NCBI RefSeq assembly: GCF_009914755.1
Contig: NC_060931.1
Reading direction: 5' to 3' (one strand)
Source of the DNA: the human T2T-CHM13v2.0 reference genome, Homo sapiens
DNA length: 64,000 bases
Below the pieces are notes generated by a model. That model was not told the DNA's origin. It saw only the letters and a program-made list of their open reading frames with translations, and searched no databases. Below are positions 12,961-28,750 of this stretch, piece after piece. Both the position numbers and the translations under genes were made by a program. Numbering within the stretch: the first letter of the stretch is position 1; the number at the start of each line of letters is the position of its first letter.

Positions 12961-15900
12961 TTAACCTATACATTGGCTTTGAAACGTCCATCTCCTATAG
13001 TCTTTTCCTGTGTTCCCTAACAAGTGCCCTCCAGTGAAATCATCTGCTTCTGGAACTGAAATTTAACTTAGCCAGCTGATCCAGGGATTTGCTCTTTAAT
13101 TGTACTTGCCCACAACATTTACACAGATGTGATAAAGATATTGATCACTTAAGGCCCATGAATATCCAGCTCCACTTCATGCGGCACCAAGTATAGTATT
13201 TCTCTTTTCTTTCTGCCTTCTACAGAAGCCTAAGTTGATATTAAAAGGTTGTGGAAACATGAAACCTGCTTTCAGACAATCAGCTTAAGTCATTGGCTGT
13301 TCAATGTTATCCTATTTATACCAGTTCATTATATTGTACTTAATATGAAATTACAATGACTCACTCATAAGTGCAGCTTTCTTAGACTTAATTAGACACA
13401 GAAGAATTATTAAACATTTGACAGCATATTGTACATTTGATCTTGGTATTGAATTCTCATTGATATTAATGCACACACAATGTAATATAACATGTTCCTC
13501 TGACTGTAAGCTTATGTAATTTTTCTCAATTTAGCAGCTTTTTGGATGCCTGATTCTCTTGGCTATTTGGCACATAAATGTTTTCTAACAAGTTAGATGT
13601 TGCTCTTAATTAAAGATAAGACAATTTGATCAGGTAAAGATCAATGTAAAGACCATTTCAATTAGGGGAAGGTCATCTAGTTTCTAAATTTCAAGTCTTC
13701 CCCTGGCTACAGGAAATATCAGGTGTGTTATTTAACTGTATCAGTTTCCTCATCTCTAAAAAATCAATGTATTAAAAAGATGGTTCCTATCCCTTTCTAG
13801 CTCTAAAATGTAATGATTTAACAAATTGATTTTGTAGATTCCATCATAGAGCTGTTTTACTTAATTAGAAATCTGATTTCACCAAATTCAAGTACCTCAT
13901 AACTCTTGTCAAGTTGTTCATTTTAATAGGCAGAGGATGAGTTCTACTTGTGTTAATCTTATAATTCTTCCTTATTTATTAAGGTCTTGAAAATATTTAT
14001 CTTGTTAGAAAGACATAATTGAGTAGGAAAATGAACAAATTGAAATTCAACAGCATTTTAAATGAGTAAGATATATATCCAAGTATTTAGTTAGTAAATA
14101 AATAATTCTTATACTACAAAACGTATACACAGGAAACCTGTGTAGGTTTCTGCATAGGAACATGTAAATACTTAGCTTAGCTCCTGAACAGTTTCAGCAG
14201 CACCACCAGCAGGGCATACTGCCCTACAGAATGGATCTTCTAGTTTAAACACGTTTTCAAGCTTCTTGGATTTATTAGTTGTTGAAAAAATGATTATTAG
14301 TAGAAGAAAAATAAATGTTAACTTTCTACCATCTAATATGTAATCATATACAAATGTAGCATAATAAACTGTTTTTTATTACAATTTCATCACCTGAATA
14401 GAAATTATAGTGTTAGCACTTTCAAGAGATGGTTCTATCTGCATGCAGAGTGAGGGAGAGTTCGCATAATGGTCTGTAAGGCATATCAAATTTATTCTGT
14501 GAGGTAGATAAAGGTCTTTTAAAGGTCTTACTCCACTTGTGGAATGAATTTCTTATCGTGTATGAATTCAGAGTATAACATGTTTTTTTCCCCCTCTGAA
14601 ATATGGTTTGTTTTCAAAAAGAAGAGAATTACTAAAGAATTTCACTACTGTATAGAAGAGCATCTTTTTAATTAAAGAAAAAATATATCTGGCATGATTA
14701 TTAGCATTAAAATTCTCTCTATATTATACAAACATTGTTTAAAAATTATACAAAAATATATACTCATGAAAGGAAAGAAATATGAATACTCAAATTTGAC
14801 CATCAGGAATAAAACTACATTTAGATTTAAAAAAAATGGGTAAGGGGACATAGCACTTTTCCCTCTCTGAAACATACATAAGTGAAAGTTGAAAAGATAT
14901 GCTAAAAGCATATTTTTCTCTTGCTTAGGATTCATCATCACCGAGTTTCTGTTTGTAATAATGATTTTAAAATATTTTAAAATTTGGCTAAAAAAAATGA
15001 GCCTCTTAGGCCTGACATCATGTAAATATTTTTCAATACAATATGTTATTCTTCACAACCATATAAACATTGACATAACTATAATTACTATCATTATTAT
15101 CTACATATCTGTAATTAAAGAAATGGAGGTGCATAGAGATTGAATACTTGTTTAACAAACCTTACTGAATTCCTTATATGTGCCAGTTATTTCAATAGGC
15201 CAGGGAGCAAGTTAATGCCTTGTCCTTAAGAAGACAAAATACTGAGGGGAAAAAAAGCAATATATGTATACATATATATTTAGCTTTTAAATTATATATA
15301 TATAATTATTATAAGATTTAGCGCTAAGTTCAATATAAAAAGCAATATATATTGCTTTTAATTATATATAATTATTATAAGATTTGGCACTAAATACACT
15401 ACATTAATTATATTATTCTAATGCTAGTCATGTGAGAAACACAAATTCAAATATTTTAACTTAATATAACAATTTTCACATTTCTTGATGCATGAGAATA
15501 TAATCAGCATGAGGACAAAATTGTCTGTTTTATTCACTGCTGTGCTCATATTTAGGTAACTGGCACATAAAGATCCTCAAAAATATTTCGTTTCATGAAT
15601 TAGCATTGGATAAAATCATAACCCTATTTCTTATTTCCCTCACTCATGCTAAAGAAATAAATATGCTTTGAGTGGCATGGCCTTTTGTTCATGATATAGA
15701 TTTAGTCAAAAGTTGTTGAATAAATGAAGAAATAAACCATGGATAATTTTAACGCCAATTTGGAAGTATTACACTGACTGACAAAACTTACAGATGAAAG
15801 TATTTTCCTGTTTATTTTCCACCAAATGTGACTATTTTGCATTATTTCAATGATACAAAAATATATTGCCTTACCCACAAATTATTTTTATTTTCTGTAT

Positions 15901-16499
15901 CTCAAGTTTTATGTCTGTTTCAGGTATCTACAATATTGTAGCTGATATTTATTTTCCTTTTGCATTTTTCTATTATAACTGAAAGTCCTGTGCAGATGAA
16001 ATATATCAGGCAGTTAAACTAAAAACAAATGGGAAGGAATTACAAAGATAAATCAATAAAGAAGAAATATATTTTGGAGAAATACTATGACATTTTCAGA
16101 GAAGATAAATAGATACGGTCTGCTGTAAATATTTACATAGTCTTTTAAAAGCAGGTAATCTGACAAGAAAATGTTTTGAGTTTCTTTTTTACAGAGTTTT
16201 TCATAAAAGAGAGTTTATAATAATTTAAAATTACAGTTCAGGATGAAATGCCTCAATTGAAGAAGGCATCGATGGGAAGTTTAATTACTTGTCCAGGATA
16301 ATATAGCTGGGGATAAAACATACTTCTGCTTTCCCAGTTTAAGAGTATAGCTACCTAGCTTCCTTTGGGTTTATAAGACTGTTCCAGAAGATAAAAGATG
16401 AGGCTGCCATCTGGAAATATGGGTTTTTGTATTCACTACCTGAAGTCTGGGCTCACCTTTATGCTCCTTGGAACAATTAAATTCTGTGAGTCAGTCAAA

Positions 16500-18480
<1,981 letters not shown>

Positions 18481-18504
18481 TCATCACTCACTCATGATGT
18501 TGGC

Positions 18505-18882
18505 TGATGTGGTTTGGCTGTGTTCCACCCAAATCTCATCTTGAATTGTAGTTCCCATAATCCCTACATGTTGTGGGAGAAACCCATTGAGAGGTAATTT
18601 AATCATGGGGGCAGATACCCTCAAGCTGCTCATCTGTTCTTGTGATACTGAGTGAGTTCTCACAAGATCTGATGGTTTTATAGGGGCTTTCCTCCTTTTG
18701 CTCAGCACCTCTCTTTGCTGCCACCATGTGAAGAAGGACATGTTTGCTTCAACTTCGCCCATGGTTGTAAGTTTCCTGAGTCTTCCCCAGCCCTGCGGAA
18801 CCGTGAGTCAATATCTCTTTCTTTTATAAGTTACCCAGTCTTGGATGTGTCATTATTAGCAGTGTGAGAATGGACTAATACA
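18505..18882 (+). mobile_element. THE1C solo LTR (MaLR)
   Basis: tgatgtggtttggctgtg...ggactaataca; 5-bp TSD ttggc at 18500-18504 and 18883-18887. Confidence 0.92.
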
Positions 18883-19910
18883 TTGGCTTTCCTTAATTTT
18901 ATTAATTTTTTTATTACACATACTTTTTGGAGTTGAGATGCTTTTCTAGATTCTGTCTGCACTGCCTGCTTAGTGGAGGGGCAGAGGACATATGGCTTTT
19001 AATTTGATATGTTTTTAGCGGGAGTAGCCATGGGGCATGTCCACAGCTGAGGCTAGTTTTGTGGCTTGCAGATTCTCCCCACTTCTCCCAAGTGTTGCCA
19101 TCTATCTGGGTCCTTGTTCTCAGAGCAAAGTCCCCCTCCATTGCCTCCATGTTAAGATAATCAAGACATGCTATTGCTGCTGCTTATCTCAAGATGTACA
19201 AGAGACTGGCTACTCTGCCTGTGTCAACTCAATTAATCTTGTTATTTTCCTCTGTGTCTTCTCTTTCGGAGATGAGTATCCACCATTTCTGGGCAAGAAG
19301 CATCCTTGCCACATCTTCCATTTTTGCTGTAATAGCATCCTTCATCGATTCTGAGCTGTGATTTTATTGTTTATTTATGTTTCATCTGCTTTTATGTTTT
19401 CAAGATTCATTAGTCTATCATGGTGTCTCCTTCTTATTTTCACAATCATTAGTCCATCATAGTGTCTCCTCCTTATTTTCCAAAATGATTATACATTTTT
19501 GGAAATACATATTTTCTCTAATCTGTATGGTTTTGAAGAAGGTGGGGTAAGCCATAGAATGTGTATTGTGTATTTTCTTGAAAAGAATATTTTATTGTTC
19601 ATTATATTTTTTCCAATATGGCTAGTAGTTATGTTTACAATTCCTTTAAGGGAAAATATTTATTTTTAACATTTCCTTGAAGAACATAGGGTGGCTTAAA
19701 TTCACAATAAAGTGTAAATATCTGATATAATCAGAGTTAAAGAGGACTGTTCCTCAGTTACTTGCTATTTGAACTTAAGCAATTTGCATTACTACTCTGA
19801 GCCCATATTTCTCATATATAAAATTGTGATGATTGCCTTATTGTAATAGTTTCTCCCTGATTTAGAATATTTCAGAAGCCCTTTCAAACTATTTATGGAG
19901 AAAGAACAGT

Positions 19911-20035
19911 TTTTATTTTTATTAATACATAATAGATGTGTATATTTTCAGGGTATATGTGATATTTTGATATTTTCATATAATATGTTATTGTCAAATC
20001 AGGGTATTTGGGACATTCATCACCTTAAACATTTA
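19911..20035 (-). mobile_element. L1MA 3'-end fragment
   Basis: atacataatagatgtgtatattttcagggtatatgtgatattttgata...caaatcagggta...catcaccttaaacattta. Confidence 0.65.
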
Positions 20036-20389
20036 GTTTTTAATGTTGCTGTTGTTTGTTTTTTAATTTCTAGTCTCTCTCAGATGCATACATTTGTAAA
20101 ATACCAAGTTATACACTTGGATTTCCTGGTAATACTAAACTTCAATAAAAGTTTCTAAATGCTTTCTCTCATGTTTTCTATTTATCTCATTGAGGACCAG
20201 TAAGAAAATTTGCAGATAGGCTTCAGTTCACAGATCACACTTTGAATGGGTCTGTTCTCTTGGACAAAGTGCCATCTTCTTATAGTGGAAATGCAGATGG
20301 AGTACTCTGGTTTGTGTTTGCTTACATTCTTGCACACTACTGACTGCCTCCCACTCTCTGCTTCATCAGGCTATCTGCAGGTCCCAGAA

Positions 20390-20738
20390 GATGATGCAGG
20401 TCCTCACATCATTGTGCCTGTGTACAGATTGCCTAGAATTATTTCTCTCACTTGCTGAAGCAGTAATCTCCCATGTTATTTGCTTTTTTCAGAACTGAGC
20501 TCAAGCCCCATTTCATTTTAAGAACTTCCTGACTTTGTGAGACAGCAATGGACCCTCCTCCTCTCCAGTCCCTTAGTTACACTATCCTTTACCAGCCTCT
20601 ATGAGACCACTGTGGTTTTATCTATGTTTGCTTATTGATCCTCCTCCTATCAGAGTGTTAACTTCCTTACTGCTTATGTTCTTGTTTCTTTGTATCTTAA
20701 GAGCATAATGGCATAGTACCTGGCACATGGAAAGTGTT
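20390..20738 (+). mobile_element. L2 3' fragment, target of the THE1D insertion
   Basis: tctttgtatc...gcatagtacctggcacatggaaagtgtt, the L2 tail. Confidence 0.55.
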
Positions 20739-21118
20739 TGACATGGTTTGGCTCTGTGTTCCCAGGCAAAATCTCATCTCGAATTGTAATCCCCATAATC
20801 CCCACATGTCGGGGGTGGCACCTGGTAGGAAGTGATTAGATCATGGGGGCAGTTTCCCGCATGCTATTCTCATGATAGTGAGTGAGTTCTCGTGAGATCT
20901 GATGGTTTTATAAGAGTTTGATAGTTCCCCCTACACATGCATTCTTCTTTGTCTTGCCTGCCGCCATGTAAGATGTGTTTGCTTCCCCTTCTGCCATGTA
21001 TGTAAGTTTCCTGAGCCCTCTCCAGCCATGCGGGACTGTGCGTCAATTAAACCTCTTTTTAAAAATACATTACCCAGTCTCGGGCAGTTGTTTATAGCAG
21101 TGTAAGAATGGACTAACA
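20739..21118 (+). mobile_element. THE1D solo LTR (MaLR)
   Basis: tgacatggtttggctctgtg...ctcgaattgtaatcccc...ggcagttgtttatagcagtg...ggactaaca; 5-bp TSD gtgtt at 20734-20738 and 21119-21123. Confidence 0.92.
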
Positions 21119-23079
21119 GTGTTTCATAATTACATATTAGTAATAAGTTTAAATAGTAATTATTTGCATTTATTACTAAATATGTAATTATGAAACACTG
21201 TATTTAATATTTGCTTTAGTACATAACTCGCCAGTATTTTAATTTTTCTTCTATAGATTCAGTGTGCCTTTTTCAGTCAGATGACTCCTGTTTTTACTAA
21301 ATTCTGAGAAGTTATTAGCCATTATTTTGTCAGCTATTGTCTCTTCCCTAGTCTTCCTCTTCATTCCTTTTGGAACTCCTGTTTGATGTGTATTGAACTT
21401 TCTCATCATTTATTCTCGGAGTTTTCATGACATCTTTATTTTCTATTTCTTCATCTTTTGTTCATCAATATGTTTGATTTCCTCAGTACGCCAAACTCAT
21501 CTTCCAATGAATTTATGTTTTTTTAACCACGTGCTGAATTTTTAATTTCAAAAGCTACGTTTTTTAAATTTTCAGACTTTCTGCACACAATAAAGTCTTT
21601 TTATAACATATAAGAGAAAACTCAACAATCTAATCATATTAAATATAGAACTGGTTTTTTTGAGAAATATGTTATGAATTACTGTCCTCAACATAGGCAC
21701 TAAAACTGTCTCCTAGTACAAAGCATATATCTATTTCCAATATCCTCATAGAACATTCTGTTAAACTCCTCTTCATCAATTTCACTTTGAAGTGCTTATT
21801 TTGGGCACTCAAGTATTTCCCTTTCATATTTTTGATTTGCTAAGTAAAAATTAAATTATTATATTTTATATTCACTGCTTTGTGTTTGGTATGGAGGAGT
21901 TTATGATGTCAGTTCACCTTACTCAATTTCTCTATCAGGTGAACTGTGTTTATGCTAGGTTGGGAATTTATCCCTTGCTTTCTGCTCAGTGTGAGGGCCA
22001 GAGCCAGGCCAAGTGTTCTGACCCAATATTCCCAGACTTTGACATCCTGACCTAATAATTCTGGACTTTAGACATTCAAATGAGGCCTATATTCACTCTA
22101 TACTGAATTTCACTCACTCATACTATGGGATTATTGAAGTACAGACTGGCATTAGGTCTTTAGGGAATTCTCTCTCCTTTTCTAAACACATTTCAATGTA
22201 ATATGTTTAAAATCATTTGCACAGCAGTAAGTTTTCTAACAGTTGGCAAGTATGTACATCAGAATTCTGCTTCTGGAAACAAGTGCCATTCACAAATTTT
22301 GTAATTAAATGCACTGGCTTGAATGGTATCTCTGATATAATAAATGAGAGCTTCCAATCAGGGAAAAACATTGACTTCAAAGTTTGTTTTTCATTAGAGC
22401 TAATATAGTTTCACTGTTTTCATTTCTATTGTGTGTTAAAATGGTACTGAAGTAACTTCAGAGGATAACCGCACTGTTGAAGGAAGATTACAGAAGTTTC
22501 TTTCCCTACTAGTTAAGAAGAGTAACAAAGAAAATTAGGTAAACAGATGAAAAACGAATAGCGTTTATATTGAGATAGGGTCACAAGTGCATACCATAAA
22601 TGGTGACATGTGCTATCCAGGGGTAGAGAAAAAGAAGATATCAAATAACACAAGCAGCTACCATTTCTCCACCTCAGAAGCTAGCTATGACGGAGGACAA
22701 TGAGTTACCATTATCTTGAACATTTTTGTTAATACCCTACAAACAGCTTCAGGGAAAGCAGACTGTAGGGCATGGGTAGGAGTCCAGAAGAAAACACTTA
22801 TGATTAACATGAGAAAATAGAAAACCAATAAAAACAGGAAAGTTGTCTCACTATTCTTCCTAGATGGAAAGAAGGTAGGGGAAAAATGCTGGATAATCTG
22901 ATTTGTCTCTTCAACTTCAAACAAGCAATTTTAAGAATAGGTGGAAAAAAATGAGGATCTGAGAGAGGGCAAATGAGGTGTAGGGAGAATCAAATAAAAC
23001 TTCACTTGACATTTTACTCCTCCAAAGAGAAGTAATAATGACATGAGCCAAAACATTGAATTCACCTGCAAGAAGGAAA

Positions 23080-24250
23080 TGAGTGTTAAAAACTCCTACA
23101 GAGGTAGGAATGAAAGGAAATTTTCTTCGTTAGATAAAGGTTATGTTAATCTAGCTCCTCATAGAAGAAAACAGATGTCAACACAGGATTAAAAGTACAA
23201 GTATTTTATTAAATGTCTGTATGAAAGAACAAGGAAAGGGAGCCAGGGAGCTGGGAGAGCTGTCAGGCCAAGAGGCAAGTCAGACCCTATGTAAAGGAAA
23301 GAAGGTTGTGTGGAAGCATCTGAGACTCTTAGGCAGTTTAAAGAAGATTCAGCAAGATTGTCAGGGATTCCTTAAGCCAAAGTCAGCCATCAGTGGAGTA
23401 CCATGTGTTCTAAGAATGGGCCTAACCTAGTTTCCTGCCATGCTCAGTCATTGGCTTGAAGCAACCCATTGAAAGCATGGCCTCAGAGCAAACACAGTAA
23501 TAAGTCTCAGAGTGTGGCCACTGGGGCCTTTGGTCAATCACCCTCCATTTCCTATAACTGTAAGGCTTCAAAGTACATTTTCATGGCTGCCATAAATGCA
23601 TAGGCATAAACTGCAGCAAACATCATAGTTGACAGTGGAAAAATAGAAGCATTCTCAAACTTAATAGGAAGGTACATTACATTGATGATTTGAGCCAATG
23701 CAATATGATAGGTAAACTAGAGGGGAAAAATTGGAAAGGAAAGGCACAACTGTTGTACTTTGTAGATAATATAGTTGTTTATAAAATCCAAGTGAGTCTA
23801 TTTATAAATTCTGAACACTACTAGTCAGACAATTCAGCAAGTTAACTGGGTATGAGGTTAACATGAAACAATCTTGTATAAAACCAGAACCAAAATTTAT
23901 CAATCCTCCAAATGAATAAGCAAAAAACAAAAACAAAAACTTGCAAAGAGAAAGCATACTATTCCAATTCAATCAGAAAAAAAAAAGCCTGACATTTCTA
24001 GCTATTGGTGAGGGTTTAGGGAAAATTGATACCCACAGCAATGCTGGTCAGAGGGTAAGCTGGTATAATCACTCTGGAGAGCAATTTAAAGCTGATATGT
24101 GGGAAAGCTGAATATGTACATAGCCCAATTCCCAGCAATTCTACCTCTAAGAACAAGTGCAGAGAAACTCTTTTGCTCATGAGCCTGAAAGCACATTAAA
24201 GATATTTTCTGAGTTATGAGTAATATGTAAGAAAAATTGCAACCATCCCA
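23080..24250 (+). mobile_element. Old L1M ORF2 remnant, interrupted by LTR16
   Basis: taggaatgaaaggaaattttcttcgttagataaagg | cagcaaacatcatagttgacagtggaa...aattcagcaagttaactgggtatgagg...cccagcaattctacctcta. Confidence 0.6.
23144..23594 (-). mobile_element. LTR16-family (ERVL) solo LTR
   Basis: ctgggagagctgtcag, agccaaagtcagccatcagtggagt, atgctcagtcattggct, agcatggcctcagagcaaacacag. Confidence 0.75.
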
Positions 24251-24253
24251 AAT

Positions 24254-24533
24254 CAGTGCTATTCAAAAAGTGCATAGTATTGCTCTGTGAACAGTTTGTT
24301 ACCAATGTCTTGCGAGATAAGGGGCTTGCTTCAGAGGCAAATCAATTACCTCATTACACATACTCTGGTTTAAACTGCCTCATTTCCATATACTGTTTTG
24401 TTTTGTTTTGTCTTTTAGCATGGCTTTCTGGATGAAGGAAACAATAGATTGATATGCATTGTGGTACAAGCTTCTTATCTCATTACTGACCAGGTCTAAA
24501 CAGTTTGCAAACCATATACTTTGAGTAGCACTG
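24254..24533. mobile_element. MER112-like hAT-Charlie MITE
   Basis: TIRs cagtgctattcaaa / tttgagtagcactg; internal inverted gagataaggggcttg / caagcttcttatctc. Confidence 0.7.
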
Positions 24534-24589
24534 ACTCGCACAAATACAAAAAGAGGAAAAATTAAAAATTATAGAATCTTTATACCCTG

Positions 24590-24790
24590 TAGTAGCATAC
24601 CAAGGAGGAAGGTGGACGTGAGGTGGTGGGAGTGTTCTGCCTAGGTGCAAACAAAAAGGGGGAGAATTGTCTGTAGAGAATTTAACAACAATAAGACCAA
24701 CAAAATGTTGGCAATTCTAAACAATGCCAGTGATAAAATACCACTCTCTTCCTGGCAGATAGTTACCACCCACCCTTGGCTTCTTCCACT
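24590..24790 (+). mobile_element. MER97-like hAT-Tip100 fragment
   Basis: agtagcataccaagg...attgtctgtagagaatttaa...gcaattctaaacaatgccagtgataaaatac. Confidence 0.55.
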
Positions 24791-24844
24791 CTTACCATGG
24801 CTTACCCTGGTATAAAAAAAAATACCATATACAAGTTAAGTAGG

Positions 24845-25197
<353 letters not shown>

Positions 25198-25759
25198 TTA
25201 AGAAATGTCAAAAATTCACACTAAGCCATTTCTGTATGTTTGTCTTATAAATATGTTATAAAACTATAAAACCGTGGACAACTAAACTAAATAGCAACTT
25301 CTTGTTAGTGGAAAGTAATGGAGGGAAATAAGATAGGGAAGAGGCACAAAAACGACTTCAACTGAGTTTATAATGCATTATTTTTTAAATGATTTGAAGC
25401 AAATATGACAAATGAAAAGATATACACTGAAAATTACTTTCAAACTTGTTTTCTTACAAAATACATATTTACTTTTGAATGCAATGCACTGTTTCAAGCT
25501 TTTTTTCACCATGATCCATATTTCTTTACTTATTCTTTTTACAAAAATTATTATTAGATATAAATAAAAAGAGAAAGAAAACAACAGTTCATGGCACCTG
25601 AATTCTCCTGCCATGATTATTATTATTCTTTCTTCACATTAGTAGAGTAACTAGTAGCTATTTCATAATTATGAATTCTACTAAAAATATTAAGTTAGAA
25701 GTTTATCATACACTAACAGTTTTCACCAAAATTTTCAAGCAAAAAGTCCTTACTGTAAC

Positions 25760-26673
25760 ACAATAACATATCACCTCACACCTGTTAGGTTGGCTATTAG
25801 ATAAGTAGAGAGAGAGAGAGAGATAAATAGATATATAATAGGTAGATAGATAGATTTGTTGGCAAGGATGTGGAGTAAAGGAAAGTGGAAAATTTGAACA
25901 CTCTTGGTGGGAATGTAAGTTGGTGTAGCCAGTATGAAAGTTACTTTAAAAGTTAAAAATATGACTACTATATGATTCAGCAATCCCACTTCTGAGTATA
26001 TATCCAACGTAATTGAAATTAGAATCTTAGAAAGATAACAGCGTCTTCATTTCATTGAAACATTATTTACCACAGCCAAGACATTAAATTCACCTCAATA
26101 TTTATTCAACATATATATCAATAAAGAAAATGCAGAATATATATAGTCTTCAGGATTAAAAAAGGAAGGAAATCCTGCCACTGAAAATGTGGATAAACCT
26201 GGAGGACATTATGCTAAATGAGATAAGTCAGACACAGAAGGGCAAATGCTCCGTGATACAACTTACCTGAGGAATTTAAAATAGACTCATAGAAGCAGTG
26301 AGCAGAATGGTGGTTGTCAGGGGCTGGGGCAAGTGTGAATGGGGAGGTATTAGTCAAAGGCTACAAAGTTTCTCTTATGTTAGATAAACAAGTCCTAGAG
26401 ATATACTGTATGGCATAGTAAATATAGTTTAAAAACACTGTATTGTCTACTTAAAAATCTGCTCAGAGTGGATCTTAAGTTATGTGTTCTTGTCCCCCCT
26501 GAAACTTAACAGTAGTAATACATAAAGATGGCAGGAGAAAACTTTTAGAGGTGATGGACATGTTTATGGCATAGATTGTAGTGATGGTTTCACAGATGTA
26601 TACTCATCTCCAAATTCATCAAGTTGTATACATTAAATATGTACAGGTTTCTGTATGTTCATTATATCATAAT
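25760..26673 (+). mobile_element. L1MB1/L1MA10-like 3' end
   Basis: tatcacctcacacctgttagg...ggaggacattatgctaaatgagataagtcagacacagaa...tttatggcatagattgtagtgatggtttcac...catcaagttgtatacattaaatatg. Confidence 0.85.
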
Positions 26674-28356
26674 GTGATCTAGAAATCACTAGTGAAAGTA
26701 TGTTTACTCTTATTAGGCACTGCAGAGGAATATTTTGAAGCCATTACAAACATATTTACAGTAATTTTTTAAGATATAGAAAAATGTAATGCATTGCTTT
26801 GAATGTCCAAAAGAAAAGTTAATATTTAAAAAGCTACAATAAGATGTAGTTTTAAGTGCTAGAAGGAAAGAAAATTGAGTAATATTGTATATAGTTTCTT
26901 TTTATAATATAGATAAAATTATAAAACCTATGGTTACTCCAAAGAAATAGTCAAGATATTATCCTTTTTCAAATAGAAATATATATGAACTATCTGATAC
27001 TTTCCATTATTGTTTTATTTAAATCACATGCAATTAAATAGTAGATAGCAAGTAGAGCTTTGTATTTTAATTAAGTATTATTAAGTTCCCATATAATGAA
27101 ATTGGCAGATGCTCTCTGTTTGGGGGAGAGTGTTTAGGAATTAAAGCAACTGAGAAAAGGAATGAGGAATCAAACATAATGTGAGATATAAAAGCATCAT
27201 ATGACATCTATTATTAATCCATTGTTTTTCTAATACTGCACTTATAAACCTGAGTACTGACATTAAAGCTAAACTAATAAAAATGAGTAGAGAAATTCTT
27301 TTATAAGGAATGTAGTTTGGGGGTGATTTTTAATGAAAGAAGCTTTTTAAAAATTCTAAAAGTCATATTATGCCAGCTTCACAAAGTTATTTCAATTTTC
27401 TGATTTTTAAAAATCCTTAGGGTGCTGTTTTTAAAATACTATGTCTGTTCTTTTTGTTCTCTTCCATTAGATAAAAGGGACTTATTCTCAAATGCAGGTA
27501 AAACAAAATAGAGCACTATCATTTTTTTATTTAATAATGCAGATTAGATTTAAATGTACAGCTGAAATCTGTTTAAATTGATTATTTTCAGAATGGAATG
27601 CTACAATTTACCTATTTAGTGTTATTAGAATATTCTTACTGCTAAAATGCTAAGAAAATAGTTTTAATTTATTCTTCCTTTCAGTGTTAAAAAACCTGCT
27701 TATTGGTGCATTTAAAAAAAAAATCATAGTTTTCATTTTCCAAAAGGACGTCAGTGCAGAGCCACATAGAACCCGAAGTACCATTATCATGGCTATTATT
27801 AGCCTAAAAAAGAGGAATATAAATAATAATGCCAACCTCGGAAAAAAATTATCGAGTTAGTCAAGTGCATTTTTGTCATCTTCAGTTATTCCCACTCCAA
27901 ATTTTAAGTGTCAGAGAGCTAAAAAACATTCTCCCTTCTTCAAAAGGAAAGAGCAACATTTCCTTTGAAGTTACTTGAGATATACAATGGAGCGAAGATC
28001 CAGAAAACAGTCCCCCCTTCACTCTGGCTCTATTCCTGCCCTCACCAGTGCAAGGCAGTGAGGATGCGTTTTGGCTCTTCGTTACCTACACTTAGAGAAT
28101 ATCCTTCAATGGGATTAGTGATGAAAGACTTAAGATGTAAATTCCCAGGACATTCTATAAAAATGAGTTTCAGTCAAAATGCTATTAACAAGCTGGTAGT
28201 CATTTTCTGCTGCCTAAAGCTCACAAGCAACCAGGGAAATTAAAATGGGTAGAAGGGATCCAGTAAAGAACCCTTCAGGGAGCTGAGGAACTGTGGGAAT
28301 ATTGAAGTGGAAGATCATGAATGGAGCACAATCATAAAAATAATGATAATCATAGG

Positions 28357-28535
28357 AATAATAGCTAACATATAGTGTTTAATTTGTGCCAGGTATTGTT
28401 TTAAGTGCTTTGCATGAATTACTTAATCCTCACCACAATCCTTTGAAGTAGGAAGTATGATTATCCCCATTGTACAGGTGAGAAACTGAGGCATGGAAGG
28501 GATGATTAACCTACCAAAGGTCACAGCTTGTAGGG
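28357..28535 (-). mobile_element. MIR
   Basis: taatcctcaccacaatcctttgaagtagg...tatccccattgtacaggtgagaaactgaggca. Confidence 0.8.
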
Positions 28536-28750
28536 CTCTTTCGGTGGAGGCCTGTAGGGACCAAATACTGTAGTTATTAGAAATAAGATTTAAACAAAGC
28601 AGACTTTCATATTTCCGTGTGTGTGTGTGTGCATATATATATATATGTAAATTTTTGGTGTGTTTATAGATGATAATGATAATCACCAAATAATATATGT
28701 TTTCCAAGAAAATTAGTGATACTAATAACAGCTATTATTATTAATAATAA

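Noticed and set aside
14190-14222. CTCF or REST (RE1) site in cagcaccaccagcagggc
   Set aside because: Core positions mismatch both consensuses (no AGRKGGC register; the RE1 GGACAG half is missing).
18505-21118. Full-length THE1 provirus (two same-strand LTRs about 1.9 kb apart)
   Set aside because: Each LTR has its own 5-bp TSD (ttggc and gtgtt), they belong to different subfamilies, and the spacer holds L1/MIR/L2 remnants rather than THE1 internal sequence. They are two independent solo LTRs.
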